The notes: generated from the letters alone by a model not told the origin. A DNA stretch of 59,880 nt from Minisyncoccia bacterium (GCA_038212075.1 JBBQUV010000002.1:73343-133222), one strand, 5' to 3'. Shown: positions 43,633 to 52,981, numbered from the stretch's first letter. A program made the numbers and translations.

Positions 43633-43820
43633 TGTGGAAGTGGGGGAGAACCGCGATTACGCATTTGGTCACAGATAATTTTCTGCTGAAAATTTCTGCG
43701 AAGCCTTGCGCTTGATTTTCTAACTCACTAGTTCGTAACAAAATCTACGCCCGCCTCGCGCCGTCGCGCTCCGGCTTTCAATTCTCCACGCACGTTCTCC
43801 CAGAACGTGCTCCACTCCAG
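43633..43820 (-). ncRNA. unclassified structured element B, homologous in architecture to element A but matched to the tmRNA 3' end
   Basis: 43633..43650 is a tmRNA 3'-end copy. 43646..43678 is 28/33 identical to 1620..1652. 43777..43787 ttcaattctcc is an exact inverted copy of the tmRNA T loop plus T stem. Hairpin at 43790..43810, then tccactccag, an inverted acceptor-like end. RNA status is unproven. Confidence 0.4.
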
Positions 43821-43865
43821 AAAAAAGAAAAACCGCATAACGCGGTTTTTCTTTTTTCTGTGGAA
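43818..43865. repeat. 48-bp perfect direct repeat, copy 2
   Basis: Identical to 42364..42411. Followed by ttggttattcc instead of gtgggggag. Confidence 0.9.
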
Positions 43866-44051
43866 TTGGTTATTCCAGGTTAGAACTTCGCTGATACTAA
43901 ACAGCTCCTCATATTTCCTACGAGTGGTGGATGAGTGGGTATCATCTTGAGTACACAAAAGCCAATATGTTCCTACAGTATGTTGAAAATGAGCGCGAGA
44001 GATTAGAACCTACTACCAAACAGGATATAATCGAAGTCATGAAGGGATACT

Positions 44052-44714
44052 ATGAATAAGAACATCGCCATCACTATCAGTGCATTCGATCGCTCGCCCG
44101 ACGGTGGCAAAGGGTTGGCGCGCGACACGCGTGTCCGCTGGGCGCTTGAAGAAGTTGGCCAGCCCTATAATATTCTTCCCGTCTCATTCAAAGAGCTGAA
44201 AGAGCCTGCATATCTAGCGCTCCAGCCTTTTGGCTCAATCCCTATGTATAAAGAGGGCGATCTTGTCTTGTTTGAGTCGGGATCAATCGTGCTCCATATC
44301 GCCGAGAACTATTCGGGACTCTTGCCGAAGGAGATCAATGCCCGGGCCCGCGCGATCACGTGGATGTTTGCGGCAGTTAGCACGGTGGAACCGCCGATTC
44401 TTGACCTCTCCATTGTTAGGGTCGTGGAAAACAATGAATCATGGAGCAAAGAGCGCCTGCCCTTGGTCATGGACCGTATCCGCTCCCGCCTGGAAAAGCT
44501 TTCCGCCCGCCTTGGCGATGCCGACTGGCTTGATGGCGAATTCAGTGCGGGCGATCTCATGATGGTGTCGGTGCTGCTCCGAGCAAAGTCGTCGGGTGTT
44601 CTAGATGAATACTCGAATGTTGCTGCCTATGTCGCGCGAGGCGAGGCACGCCCGGCCTATAAGCGCGCGTTCGCCGCTCAATTGGCATTTAACACACGCG
44701 ACGCTGGAGTGTAA
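44052..44714 (+). CDS. glutathione S-transferase family protein
   Basis: 220 aa. PFGSIPMYKEGDLVLFESGSIVLHIAE (thioredoxin-like N domain with the ESxxI motif) and a helical C domain. GC-rich relative to its flanks. Confidence 0.8.
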   Translation: MNKNIAITISAFDRSPDGGKGLARDTRVRWALEEVGQPYNILPVSFKELKEPAYLALQPFGSIPMYKEGDLVLFESGSIVLHIAENYSGLLPKEINARARAITWMFAAVSTVEPPILDLSIVRVVENNESWSKERLPLVMDRIRSRLEKLSARLGDADWLDGEFSAGDLMMVSVLLRAKSSGVLDEYSNVAAYVARGEARPAYKRAFAAQLAFNTRDAGV

Positions 44715-44802
44715 TGGCATAAGATAAGCGTAGTTTTAAAGTAGAAAACCGCCTCACGGGCGGTTTTCTAATGTTCTATATGTTTCCATATAGTTCTATA
44801 TC

Positions 44803-45201
44803 GGTGGAAGTGGGGAGAATTGAACTCCCGTCCGAGAATGGTACTTGAAACGCTTCTACGACGCATAGTCAGTGTTGGTGATTCAGTATGGACATAAGAA
44901 CACTGACGAAAGCGTCCATACCTAATCCCTTATTTAAATTCGGGGGCGGGAAGTCCCTGAATCGATCTTATAGGTTATTCCGCCCGCAGACTCCGCTATA
45001 AGAACCGGAGACTGAAGACGTCGCTTGTGCGAAAGCGCGAGGCTTTTACGCAAGAGCGAACGCGAGGTTTCCCATGTAGGGAGACTTCACGCTTGCAGTG
45101 TTTTTGTTTGCAAGTTTGGTGCCCACCAGTTTTAAGTGGTGTGTGGGCGTTCACTGCGTCGCGCATTTTCAAGGAACAAACCGTCGAAACCGATCACTCC
45201 C
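44803..45201 (-). ncRNA. ssrA: tmRNA (SsrA)
   Basis: 5' GGGAGTGATCGGTTTCGACGG. 3' T arm GGGAG-TTCAATT-CTCCC, acceptor CACTTCC-A-CC with G3:U70. Internal tag frame GCA AAC ... GCT CTT GCG TAA (45111..45046) encodes ANKNTASVKSPYMGNLAFALA. Directly downstream of smpB. Confidence 0.85.
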
Positions 45202-45242
45202 TCACAACACATCTTCTCACAAGCTGTGCTTTGAGCGAGCGA

Positions 45243-45692
45243 CTAAATCTTGCGTTTCAGTACTCGTGCCGCTTCTCGTTTCGCATCTTTTTGTTTCAAA
45301 TCTTCGCGTTTGTCAGCTTTTCCTTTGCCGCGAACGATGGCCACCCGTACCTTCACCAGATTTCCTTTATTATACACCTCAATTGGGACTGTTGTCAAGC
45401 CCTTCTTTGCCTCGGCTTCGGCAAGCTCCCGTATCTCGTTTTTGCTAAGCAATAGGCGGCGAGTGCGCTCTGGCTCGTACCCTTCAGGGGTGTTTGCAGA
45501 TTGATAGGGAGGGATGGTAACACCCACAAGGTATGCCTCGCCTGCACGCACAATTACCCTAGAACCGTCCAGTTGGCCGTGTTTTGCCTTTAGTGCTTTC
45601 ACTTCATGTCCAAATAGCTCAATACCCGCCTCAAATTCCTTGAGTCGTTCGAATTTTAGCCCCGCCTTTTTGTATTCGATGAGCGTGCTCAT
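45243..45692 (-). CDS. smpB: SsrA-binding protein SmpB
   Basis: KFERLKEFEAGIELFGHEVKALK...GEAYLVGVTIPPY...RTRRLLLSKNEI. Start at the internal ATG 45692. Confidence 0.93.
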   Translation of the reverse strand: MSTLIEYKKAGLKFERLKEFEAGIELFGHEVKALKAKHGQLDGSRVIVRAGEAYLVGVTIPPYQSANTPEGYEPERTRRLLLSKNEIRELAEAEAKKGLTTVPIEVYNKGNLVKVRVAIVRGKGKADKREDLKQKDAKREAARVLKRKI

Positions 45693-45734
45693 AGTTGAAA
45701 CAGTACGTGATTTATTGTATATTGTATAGCAATT

Positions 45735-47711
45735 ATGGCGCCACAAGCGAACAAACAACCTTCTGAAAAGAAGGCAAAGAAAACAACGCCCCGCGGGCCC
45801 CACGACCCCCGCCGATTCCTCCCTCAGGGCGGCCCTGGCTTCACTGGAAATCTCCTGTCCACCATCCTTATCTTTTTGATTTTGATGAGCGCATATACGC
45901 TTCTGGCGACAGGGGGAACCAAAAAAGAAGAAATTTCTCTTTCTCAGGTGGCCAAAGATGTAAAAACTGGTGCAATTTCTGACATCAAAATTTCAGGCGA
46001 ATCACTCGACCTTACCTATGCTTCAAGCACGCCGAAGGTTGCGACGAAAGATCCGTTTGCCGGTCTTCCAGAAACACTCGCCACCTATGGCGTGACACCG
46101 GACGAAATGCAGAAAGTGTCTATCACTATTGTTACGGATTCTGGCTGGAAGTTTTGGCTTGAAACACTTGCACCGTTTATTCTCCCGGTCATTTTCCTCG
46201 GTGTGTTGTTCTGGTTCCTTACGCGCCAAGTGCGCGGGGCAGGAATGCAGGCGTTTACCTTTGGGCAATCCAAGGCGCGCATGATTGATCCTGCCGACAC
46301 GAGCCAACGCGTTACTTTTGCCGATGTTGCGGGCGCAAAAGAAGCAAAAGAAGAATTGGTGGAAATTGTAGATTTTTTGAAAAATCCGAAAAAGTTTTTG
46401 GATATTGGCGCACGCATTCCAAAAGGTATTTTGCTTATGGGCGCACCGGGAACAGGGAAGACGCTTCTAGCTCGCGCCGTTGCTGGTGAAGCGGGTGTAC
46501 CGTTTTTCTCCATTAGCGGTTCAGAGTTTGTAGAAATGTTTGTGGGTGTTGGAGCATCGCGCGTGCGTGACCTTTTCCAGATGGCAAAGAAAACCGCGCC
46601 GTCTATTATTTTTGTGGATGAAATTGACGCGGTTGGTCGCGTGCGTGGCACGGGTGTAGGCGGCGGCAACGACGAGCGTGAACAAACATTGAACCAGATT
46701 CTCGTGGAGATGGACGGCTTTGAGCCAACCGAAAAAGTGATCGTGATGGCGGCAAGTAACCGTCCAGATGTGCTTGACCCCGCACTGCTTCGCCCCGGCC
46801 GTTTTGACCGTCGTGTGGTTATTGATTTGCCGGATAGAAAAGATCGCGAAGATATTTTGAAGATCCATGCGCGCAAAAAGCCCTTTGGCCCTGATGTAAA
46901 TCTTTCAGTGGTTGCTGAACGCACTCCTGGATTTTCTGGTGCAGAACTCTACTCGCTTATGAATGAAGCGGCGATTTTGGCTGCACGCGAAAGCAGAAAA
47001 GAAATTACGCAGTACGACCTCATTCGCTCTATTGAAAAAGTGATGCTTGGTCCCGAGCGTAAAAGCCATTTGCTTACGAAAAAAGAAAAAGAACTCACGG
47101 CATACCACGAAGCGGGGCATGCGCTCGTGTCTTCAGTGCTTGAATACGCAGATCCCGTGCACAAAATTTCTATCATCAGCCGTGGCCGTGCGGCAGGGTA
47201 CACCCTGAAGCTTCCGTTTGAAGATAAGAAGATGCAGTCAAAGAAACAATTCCTTGACGACATTGCGGCAACACTCGGCGGCTACGCCGCAGAAGAAATG
47301 ATTTTTGGTGACCTTACTACGGGCCCTTCGAACGACCTTGCGGTTATCACCGCGCTTGCGCGCAATATGGTGTCTCGCTACGGAATGTCAGACAAAGTGG
47401 GTCCCGTTGCCTTTGCAACAGACGATGGATTTGGTGGTGATCGCTACTCGCAGGAAATTGCCGCAAAGATTGACGGAGAAGTAACGCGCATTTTGGAAGA
47501 GGCAAAAGTACGTGCCAAGAAGGTTCTTATTGACCATCGCAAAGCGCTTGATGCTATCGCAAAAGTACTTGTTGAGAAAGAAACAATAGAGCGCGAAGAT
47601 TTCGAAAAAGTGCTTGTATTGAATGGGATTACACCGAAAGTAAAAGAGGAATACTCAGCGGGGGAGGGCATAATCATAGCGCCAACTCCCGAAGGCGACA
47701 TCACGGTTTAA
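45735..47711 (+). CDS. ftsH: ATP-dependent zinc metalloprotease FtsH
   Basis: 658 aa. Two TM segments, [27 protein letters not shown], and the HEAGHA zinc motif. Confidence 0.97.
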   Translation: MAPQANKQPSEKKAKKTTPRGPHDPRRFLPQGGPGFTGNLLSTILIFLILMSAYTLLATGGTKKEEISLSQVAKDVKTGAISDIKISGESLDLTYASSTPKVATKDPFAGLPETLATYGVTPDEMQKVSITIVTDSGWKFWLETLAPFILPVIFLGVLFWFLTRQVRGAGMQAFTFGQSKARMIDPADTSQRVTFADVAGAKEAKEELVEIVDFLKNPKKFLDIGARIPKGILLMGAPGTGKTLLARAVAGEAGVPFFSISGSEFVEMFVGVGASRVRDLFQMAKKTAPSIIFVDEIDAVGRVRGTGVGGGNDEREQTLNQILVEMDGFEPTEKVIVMAASNRPDVLDPALLRPGRFDRRVVIDLPDRKDREDILKIHARKKPFGPDVNLSVVAERTPGFSGAELYSLMNEAAILAARESRKEITQYDLIRSIEKVMLGPERKSHLLTKKEKELTAYHEAGHALVSSVLEYADPVHKISIISRGRAAGYTLKLPFEDKKMQSKKQFLDDIAATLGGYAAEEMIFGDLTTGPSNDLAVITALARNMVSRYGMSDKVGPVAFATDDGFGGDRYSQEIAAKIDGEVTRILEEAKVRAKKVLIDHRKALDAIAKVLVEKETIEREDFEKVLVLNGITPKVKEEYSAGEGIIIAPTPEGDITV

Positions 47712-47806
47712 TGTAGGTTCTTTTTGCTCGCTTGCGCACATTCGTGATCGGTTTTTGCACAATCAAGTGTTCACGAGGTAAGTAATCTGTATATAATGGT
47801 TCGTAT

Positions 47807-48481
47807 ATGGCATTACGAATCAAGAAACTTGAAGCCATACGGATGCGTAAAACGGGTGCAAGTTATAGTCAGATAAAAGAGGTACTTCATGTAAGTAAAA
47901 GTACACTGAGTCTGTGGCTTAGTAGTATGCCGCTTTCAGAAAAACGCATAAGAGAGTTACGGGACTTTAGCGAACTACGAATAGAAAGGTATCGAGAAAC
48001 ACGCCGTAGAACTAAAGAAAAAAGACAAAAAGATGTTCTTGGTCGTGTGGGAAAAGAAATAGGCACGTTGAGCAAACGGGAACTCTTTGTCGCAGGTCTG
48101 TTTCTGTATTGGGCAGAGGGAGGCAAAACAGTTGATACTTCCGTATGTGTCTCGAATGCAGACCCTGCTATGTTGATTTTCTTTATTCGCTGGCTTGAAC
48201 TTCTTGGAGTATCTAAAAGTCGACTTAAGGTGAAGATTCATCTATACAAGGATATGCGTGTCCGTACAGAATTATTGTACTGGTCAAAAGTTCTCGATAT
48301 CCCCTTATCTCAATTCAGAAAACCATATATCAAAAACTCATCAAGGTCAGGTCTGTCGTATCCTCAACGGTTTACTCATGGTACTGGCAACGTGATATTT
48401 GGTAACCGAGATGTATCAGAGAAGGTTCTGCTCAGTCTCGACTACATACGGTCAATGTTTGCAGAGGAAGGGTCTGTGTGA
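47807..48481 (+). CDS. HTH plus LAGLIDADG-like (homing-endonuclease-type) protein
   Basis: 224 aa. N-terminal GASYSQIKEVLHVSKSTLSLWL (resolvase-type HTH). RELFVAGLFLYWAEGGKT resembles a single LAGLIDADG motif. Ends 14 nt before tRNA-Ile. Confidence 0.45.
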   Translation: MALRIKKLEAIRMRKTGASYSQIKEVLHVSKSTLSLWLSSMPLSEKRIRELRDFSELRIERYRETRRRTKEKRQKDVLGRVGKEIGTLSKRELFVAGLFLYWAEGGKTVDTSVCVSNADPAMLIFFIRWLELLGVSKSRLKVKIHLYKDMRVRTELLYWSKVLDIPLSQFRKPYIKNSSRSGLSYPQRFTHGTGNVIFGNRDVSEKVLLSLDYIRSMFAEEGSV

Positions 48482-48495
48482 TTCGATAACAATAC

Positions 48496-48568
48496 GCGTC
48501 CATAGCTCAATGGTTAGAGCACTCGGCTTATATCCGAACGGTTGCAGGTTCGAGTCCTGCTGGACGCA
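48496..48568 (+). tRNA. tRNA-Ile with unmodifiable-type anticodon UAU (ileX-like body), no encoded CCA
   Basis: Cloverleaf: GCGTCCA/TGGACGC, D arm GCTC-AATGGTTA-GAGC, anticodon stem CTCGG/CCGAA with loop CTTATAT (anticodon TAT), T arm GCAGG-TTCGAGT-CCTGC, discriminator A. 73 nt. Confidence 0.85.
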
Positions 48569-49402
48569 CTATTTAGGAAACACGTCAGTGAGAAGGTTGG
48601 AGTCGTAGAAATCCCCAGCGAGCCCACCGAAACTGTATTTGTTAGTACCAACATCAATTTCTGCGCCTCCTATTTGCGGGTTGGCGTTTGGATTTGAATG
48701 AGTAAAGCCGATGTTGAAAAGCGTGGAAAGTACTGCTGGTTTATTGGCGATAGGAAAGCCGGATTTTGCCCACGCTGTCTCTATTTCTTTCAAATACAAT
48801 CCTGCATACACATAACTCCAATAATGGTCGTGTTCTGAGGTCATACGTGCAAAGCGCTCTTGTTTTATATCGGTACTTGAAGCGGTAGAGAAATCAAGCG
48901 CGTGCTCATACGCCGTGCCCGGATAGTAAGGTGATGCGGGATTTTTCAAATTGTTTTCAATTTGAATGGCGGTATCTTCTTTAATGCCCATCACTCCCCA
49001 TGAAAATTGCGTTTGTGAGCCGAGGATTTTAAGGGGAAGGAAAAATTGTTTGTATACCTCGCGCTCAGTAAAGAAAAGACGAAGCTGTTCCGCTACCAAA
49101 TTTTCAACAATGGCGCGCGCTGGAACTCCTGAATCTTTTGATGCACGATTTATGGCGCTGATGTCTTTTCGTATAGACGCATCAAGCACTCCCCATTCCT
49201 CAGTGGTGCTCCATGGAAGAAGCGGCGTGCTGTCGGAAGCAGGTACCGCGGCACTCGAGCCCTGAATAAACGCTTCACGCTGGGTATCAATAATTCCGGT
49301 AGTGTTGGTGATGCCGTACTTCACCGCAAAGTACATGGACACGAACAAAAAGCCGATGACGGCAAATATATACACCAGAATCTGGAACCCCTTTTTTATC
49401 AT
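48569..49402 (-). CDS. membrane-anchored hypothetical protein (277 aa)
   Basis: N-terminal TM ILVYIFAVIGFLFVSMYFAV followed by a large extracytoplasmic domain. No family recognised. Confidence 0.55.
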   Translation of the reverse strand: MIKKGFQILVYIFAVIGFLFVSMYFAVKYGITNTTGIIDTQREAFIQGSSAAVPASDSTPLLPWSTTEEWGVLDASIRKDISAINRASKDSGVPARAIVENLVAEQLRLFFTEREVYKQFFLPLKILGSQTQFSWGVMGIKEDTAIQIENNLKNPASPYYPGTAYEHALDFSTASSTDIKQERFARMTSEHDHYWSYVYAGLYLKEIETAWAKSGFPIANKPAVLSTLFNIGFTHSNPNANPQIGGAEIDVGTNKYSFGGLAGDFYDSNLLTDVFPK

Positions 49403-49447
49403 TACCTTCGGACTATACGCGAAGATACCTCTGGTGCAAATGAAGGC

Positions 49448-51619
49448 CTATTCCGGATGGATTTCGGCTTCGGCGCGAGAAGCAAGTTCGCGTAGTGCTG
49501 GGTGTTTAGAAAGGGTAGGGTCACGTTTCACTAGCGTTTGCGCTTCCGTGCGTGCCGCCTCTACCAGCCGGATGTTTTTGATGGCTTCCATGGCAATGTC
49601 TGACACGCCCCACTGACGCGCACCATACAGTTCGCCAGCGCCACGAAGCGCAAGGTCGTACTCAGCGAGTTCAAACCCATCTTTTGCAGACACAAGTGCT
49701 TTCAAACGATCTTTAGTTGCTTGACCGTATGATTCTGGAAGTACGAAACAATAGGCTTGGTGGGTGGAGCGGATAACGCGCCCACGAAGCTGGTGCAATT
49801 GCGAAAGTCCAAAACGTTCTGCGCCTTCAATCAAAATGACCGTCGCGTTTGGCACGTTCACTCCCACTTCCACAACAGATGTGGCAACCAGAATGTCGGT
49901 CGCACCAGATGCAAACCGATTCATCGCGTCTTCTTTTTCTGTAGGCTTCATTTTGCTGTGCAAAATACCAATGGTTGCGTCTTTAAATACATGTAGTTTC
50001 AAGCGCTCCGCTTCTGCCTTCACCGACCTTGCTTGGAGTGCGAGCTCTTTGTTTGGGTCAGGTTCGTTAATGCGTGGACAAATAACGTATGCCTGTCGAC
50101 CGTTTTTCATTTCCATGCGTACGCGTTCATAGGCGAGTTCACGTTTTTCAGGTCCAAGGATTTCCGTGATAACGCGTTTGCGACCAAGAGGCATTTCATC
50201 CAAAAGTGAAATATCAAGGTCTCCATAAATGGTGAGTGCAAGGGTGCGCGGAATAGGTGTGGCGGTCATAGAAAGTAAGTGTGGTGCAACAGCGTCTTTG
50301 CGGACAAGTTGTTGGCGGTGCACTTTTCCAAAGCGATGTTGTTCGTCGATAATTGCGTACGCCAGATTTTGAAATTGCAGGGATTTTTGAATCAATGCAT
50401 GAGTGCCAATCACAATAGGAATTTCGCCGTTACCCACCCATTTTTTAAATTGTGCACGTGAAATATGCGTAGATTCTTCGCGCCGGATTTTGCTTGGGAA
50501 CTTTCGGCACTCACTACCGGTGATAAGCCCAATTTGAATGGGGTGGTCTTTAAAGTACGAAATGAAGGTTGAAAAATGTTGCTTCGCAAGAATTTCAGTT
50601 GGGCACATATACGCCACTTGGAGTGTGCCCGAGTTTCGGTTTGGTGGGCGAGAGGTGGCAACTAAATACGCGGTTGCCGCGGCAACCGCTGTTTTTCCGC
50701 TTCCCACATCTCCTTCAAGAAGGCGGGTCATTGGGTGTGACTTTTCAAAATCTGCAACGACCGCTTCAATGGATTTTTTCTGTGCGTTTGTGGGAGGGAA
50801 GGGAAATGACCCAATAAATTCATTCAGTGCATTGCGATTTACGGTAACAGGAAGCGCGCGTGTTTCTGATGCTTCAAGTCGTTGGCGCGCCATACCAAGC
50901 TGAATACCGAACACTTCTTCAAAGGCGAACCGTTTGCGCGCCGCATCTGCATCCGTGCGTTTGCGAGGAAGGTGAATCCACACAAGTGCGGTGGAAAGGG
51001 TAGGCAAGTTATATTTTTCAAGCAATTCTTTTGGAATCGGATCAGGGATGCGTTCTTGAATCCCACTTTCAAAAACACGCTTCAACGCATGATGGATCCA
51101 CAATGAAGAAACGCCACGGCTTTCCGGATATATAGGAAAGAGCGCTTCACCTTCGGGCATTGAACCTGTCGCAAACAAATTGTCATGTATGTCTTCCGGA
51201 GACACGGGCGTGCGGTCAATTTCTGGGTTCGCTAAGTATATTTTGGTTCCCGTGCCACCCACGCGCCCTGTGGCTTTCACCACCATTCCGTCTGCAAGGG
51301 TTTTTGCGATGTAGGGCTGGGAAAACCACATCATTTTTATTTTTCCGGAAGCGTCTTCCAAATACGCTTCTGCAATCGGTCGTCGACTTTTCCATGTCTT
51401 GCGTATGTCCGGTTTACGAACTGTGCCGTAAAGAGTGACTTCCGCTCCTGCCGTTGCACCGGCAATGGTGCCGGTTGGCCCTGCCGCTTCATAGCGAGCG
51501 GGGAAGTGATACAGCAAATCATGAATAGTCCGAACGCCAAGTCGCCCGAGTGCCTTTTTTTGGTCAGGCTTCAGGCGAGTAAAATGCTTCTCGATAAGGT
51601 CGTGTGGATACACGTCCAC
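49448..51619 (-). CDS. recG: ATP-dependent DNA helicase RecG (GTG start)
   Basis: 723 aa. Wedge/OB N-terminal part, GDVGSGKTAVA, IIDEQHRFG, TATPIPRTL, QLHQLRGRV. Confidence 0.93.
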   Translation of the reverse strand: MDVYPHDLIEKHFTRLKPDQKKALGRLGVRTIHDLLYHFPARYEAAGPTGTIAGATAGAEVTLYGTVRKPDIRKTWKSRRPIAEAYLEDASGKIKMMWFSQPYIAKTLADGMVVKATGRVGGTGTKIYLANPEIDRTPVSPEDIHDNLFATGSMPEGEALFPIYPESRGVSSLWIHHALKRVFESGIQERIPDPIPKELLEKYNLPTLSTALVWIHLPRKRTDADAARKRFAFEEVFGIQLGMARQRLEASETRALPVTVNRNALNEFIGSFPFPPTNAQKKSIEAVVADFEKSHPMTRLLEGDVGSGKTAVAAATAYLVATSRPPNRNSGTLQVAYMCPTEILAKQHFSTFISYFKDHPIQIGLITGSECRKFPSKIRREESTHISRAQFKKWVGNGEIPIVIGTHALIQKSLQFQNLAYAIIDEQHRFGKVHRQQLVRKDAVAPHLLSMTATPIPRTLALTIYGDLDISLLDEMPLGRKRVITEILGPEKRELAYERVRMEMKNGRQAYVICPRINEPDPNKELALQARSVKAEAERLKLHVFKDATIGILHSKMKPTEKEDAMNRFASGATDILVATSVVEVGVNVPNATVILIEGAERFGLSQLHQLRGRVIRSTHQAYCFVLPESYGQATKDRLKALVSAKDGFELAEYDLALRGAGELYGARQWGVSDIAMEAIKNIRLVEAARTEAQTLVKRDPTLSKHPALRELASRAEAEIHPE

Positions 51620-51652
51620 AGTATACGGTGCAGTCGTATACTGTATCTATTC

Positions 51653-52933
51653 ATGAAACAGCCACTCCTCTCGCTATCGCTCGCCGTGAGCAGTTTCACT
51701 TTTTTGGCACTTGTGGCAATAAACGTGACGGAAACACCGGTTTTTTCTACGCTTCAAACATTTGAGCACCAACTACAAGCAGCGGTATACGGTATCGCAA
51801 GCATCACGGTTGCAGATTTTCAGAGTTCATATCACCAAGCAAGTACGGCACCACAACCTTCTTCAAACAAAGTACGTATCCTTATTGTTCCTGGCCACGA
51901 ACCGTTTGATGGCGGTACAGCCTTTCAGGGAGTCTATGAGCGCGAAATTGTAGTACGCATTGCAGAAAAACTAGCCGCATATCTTTCGGTGAATCCAAAA
52001 TATGATGTGATGGTTTCCCGCGGAGACACTGCGTGGAATCCAACGCTTGCTTCATACTTCACCAATAATGCCGCAAGCATCGCCGATTTTCGCCAGACAC
52101 AAACAGCACTTACTGAATCCTTGCTTGCAAGCGGCGCATTGCAAACAGATTCATACGAAGTGCAGCATAATGCTGCATCAAATACCGCCGCGCTTCATTT
52201 GTACGGCATTAATAAATGGGCAAGTGAAAACGGCATAGACATAACGCTCCACTTGCACATAAACGACTATGGCGGAAGATCTAATAATCGCGTGGGAATC
52301 CATTCCGGTTTTGCGGTGTATGTTCCCGACCACCAGTATTCAAACGCCGCGGCCTCGCTTCAGGTAGGGAAGGCGATTGCGGGACGACTGTCCTCCTATC
52401 ATTCAGCCAGCACACTTCCACAAGAAAGTGCTGGCGTTGTGGAAGATCAAGAACTTATCGCTATTGGTTCAAATAACACCGCGGATGACGCGAGTGTGCT
52501 TATTGAATATGGCTACATTTACGAACCACAATTTACGAATGCCGCGATACGCACTACCGCACTTACTGATTACGCGTACGAAACCTACCTTGGCCTGCAA
52601 GATTTTTTTAATGATTCTGGTTTGATTACAAAAGATTCCACCGCATTTCCATACGACTGGAACAGTGTGACTGCAAAAGATGGCGAATCAAGTGCGGGTG
52701 TTTATGCACTCCAATCAGCGCTTCATCATCTTGGTTTTTATCCCACAAGCGGAAAAAGTTTGAGTGACTGTCCGATTTCAGGAACGGTAGGGCCTTGCAC
52801 ACGTGCAGGGATTTCTGCGTATCAAAGCGCACGAGGTCTTGATGCAACAGGACTATTTGGACCACTCACCAAAGATGTACTCTCAAAAGACGTTGCTCCT
52901 GGCTTTACCCTAAATACTGGAGAAAGTTCATAA
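51653..52933 (+). CDS. N-acetylmuramoyl-L-alanine amidase (Amidase_3-like) with C-terminal PG_binding_1 domain
   Basis: Signal/TM LLSLSLAVSSFTFLALVAI. ILIVPGHEPFDGGT...EREIVVRIAEKLAAYL...ITLHLHIND. C-terminal VYALQSALHHLGFYP...ISAYQSARGLDATG. Confidence 0.6.
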   Translation: MKQPLLSLSLAVSSFTFLALVAINVTETPVFSTLQTFEHQLQAAVYGIASITVADFQSSYHQASTAPQPSSNKVRILIVPGHEPFDGGTAFQGVYEREIVVRIAEKLAAYLSVNPKYDVMVSRGDTAWNPTLASYFTNNAASIADFRQTQTALTESLLASGALQTDSYEVQHNAASNTAALHLYGINKWASENGIDITLHLHINDYGGRSNNRVGIHSGFAVYVPDHQYSNAAASLQVGKAIAGRLSSYHSASTLPQESAGVVEDQELIAIGSNNTADDASVLIEYGYIYEPQFTNAAIRTTALTDYAYETYLGLQDFFNDSGLITKDSTAFPYDWNSVTAKDGESSAGVYALQSALHHLGFYPTSGKSLSDCPISGTVGPCTRAGISAYQSARGLDATGLFGPLTKDVLSKDVAPGFTLNTGESS

Positions 52934-52955
52934 CAGGGAAGCAGAGAAACAGAAA

Positions 52956-52981
52956 GGCTCGTCTTTTTTCAAAGACGAGCC
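52956..52981. terminator. bidirectional terminator between the amidase and the RTX-like gene
   Basis: ggctcgtct-tttttcaa-agacgagcc. Confidence 0.6.
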
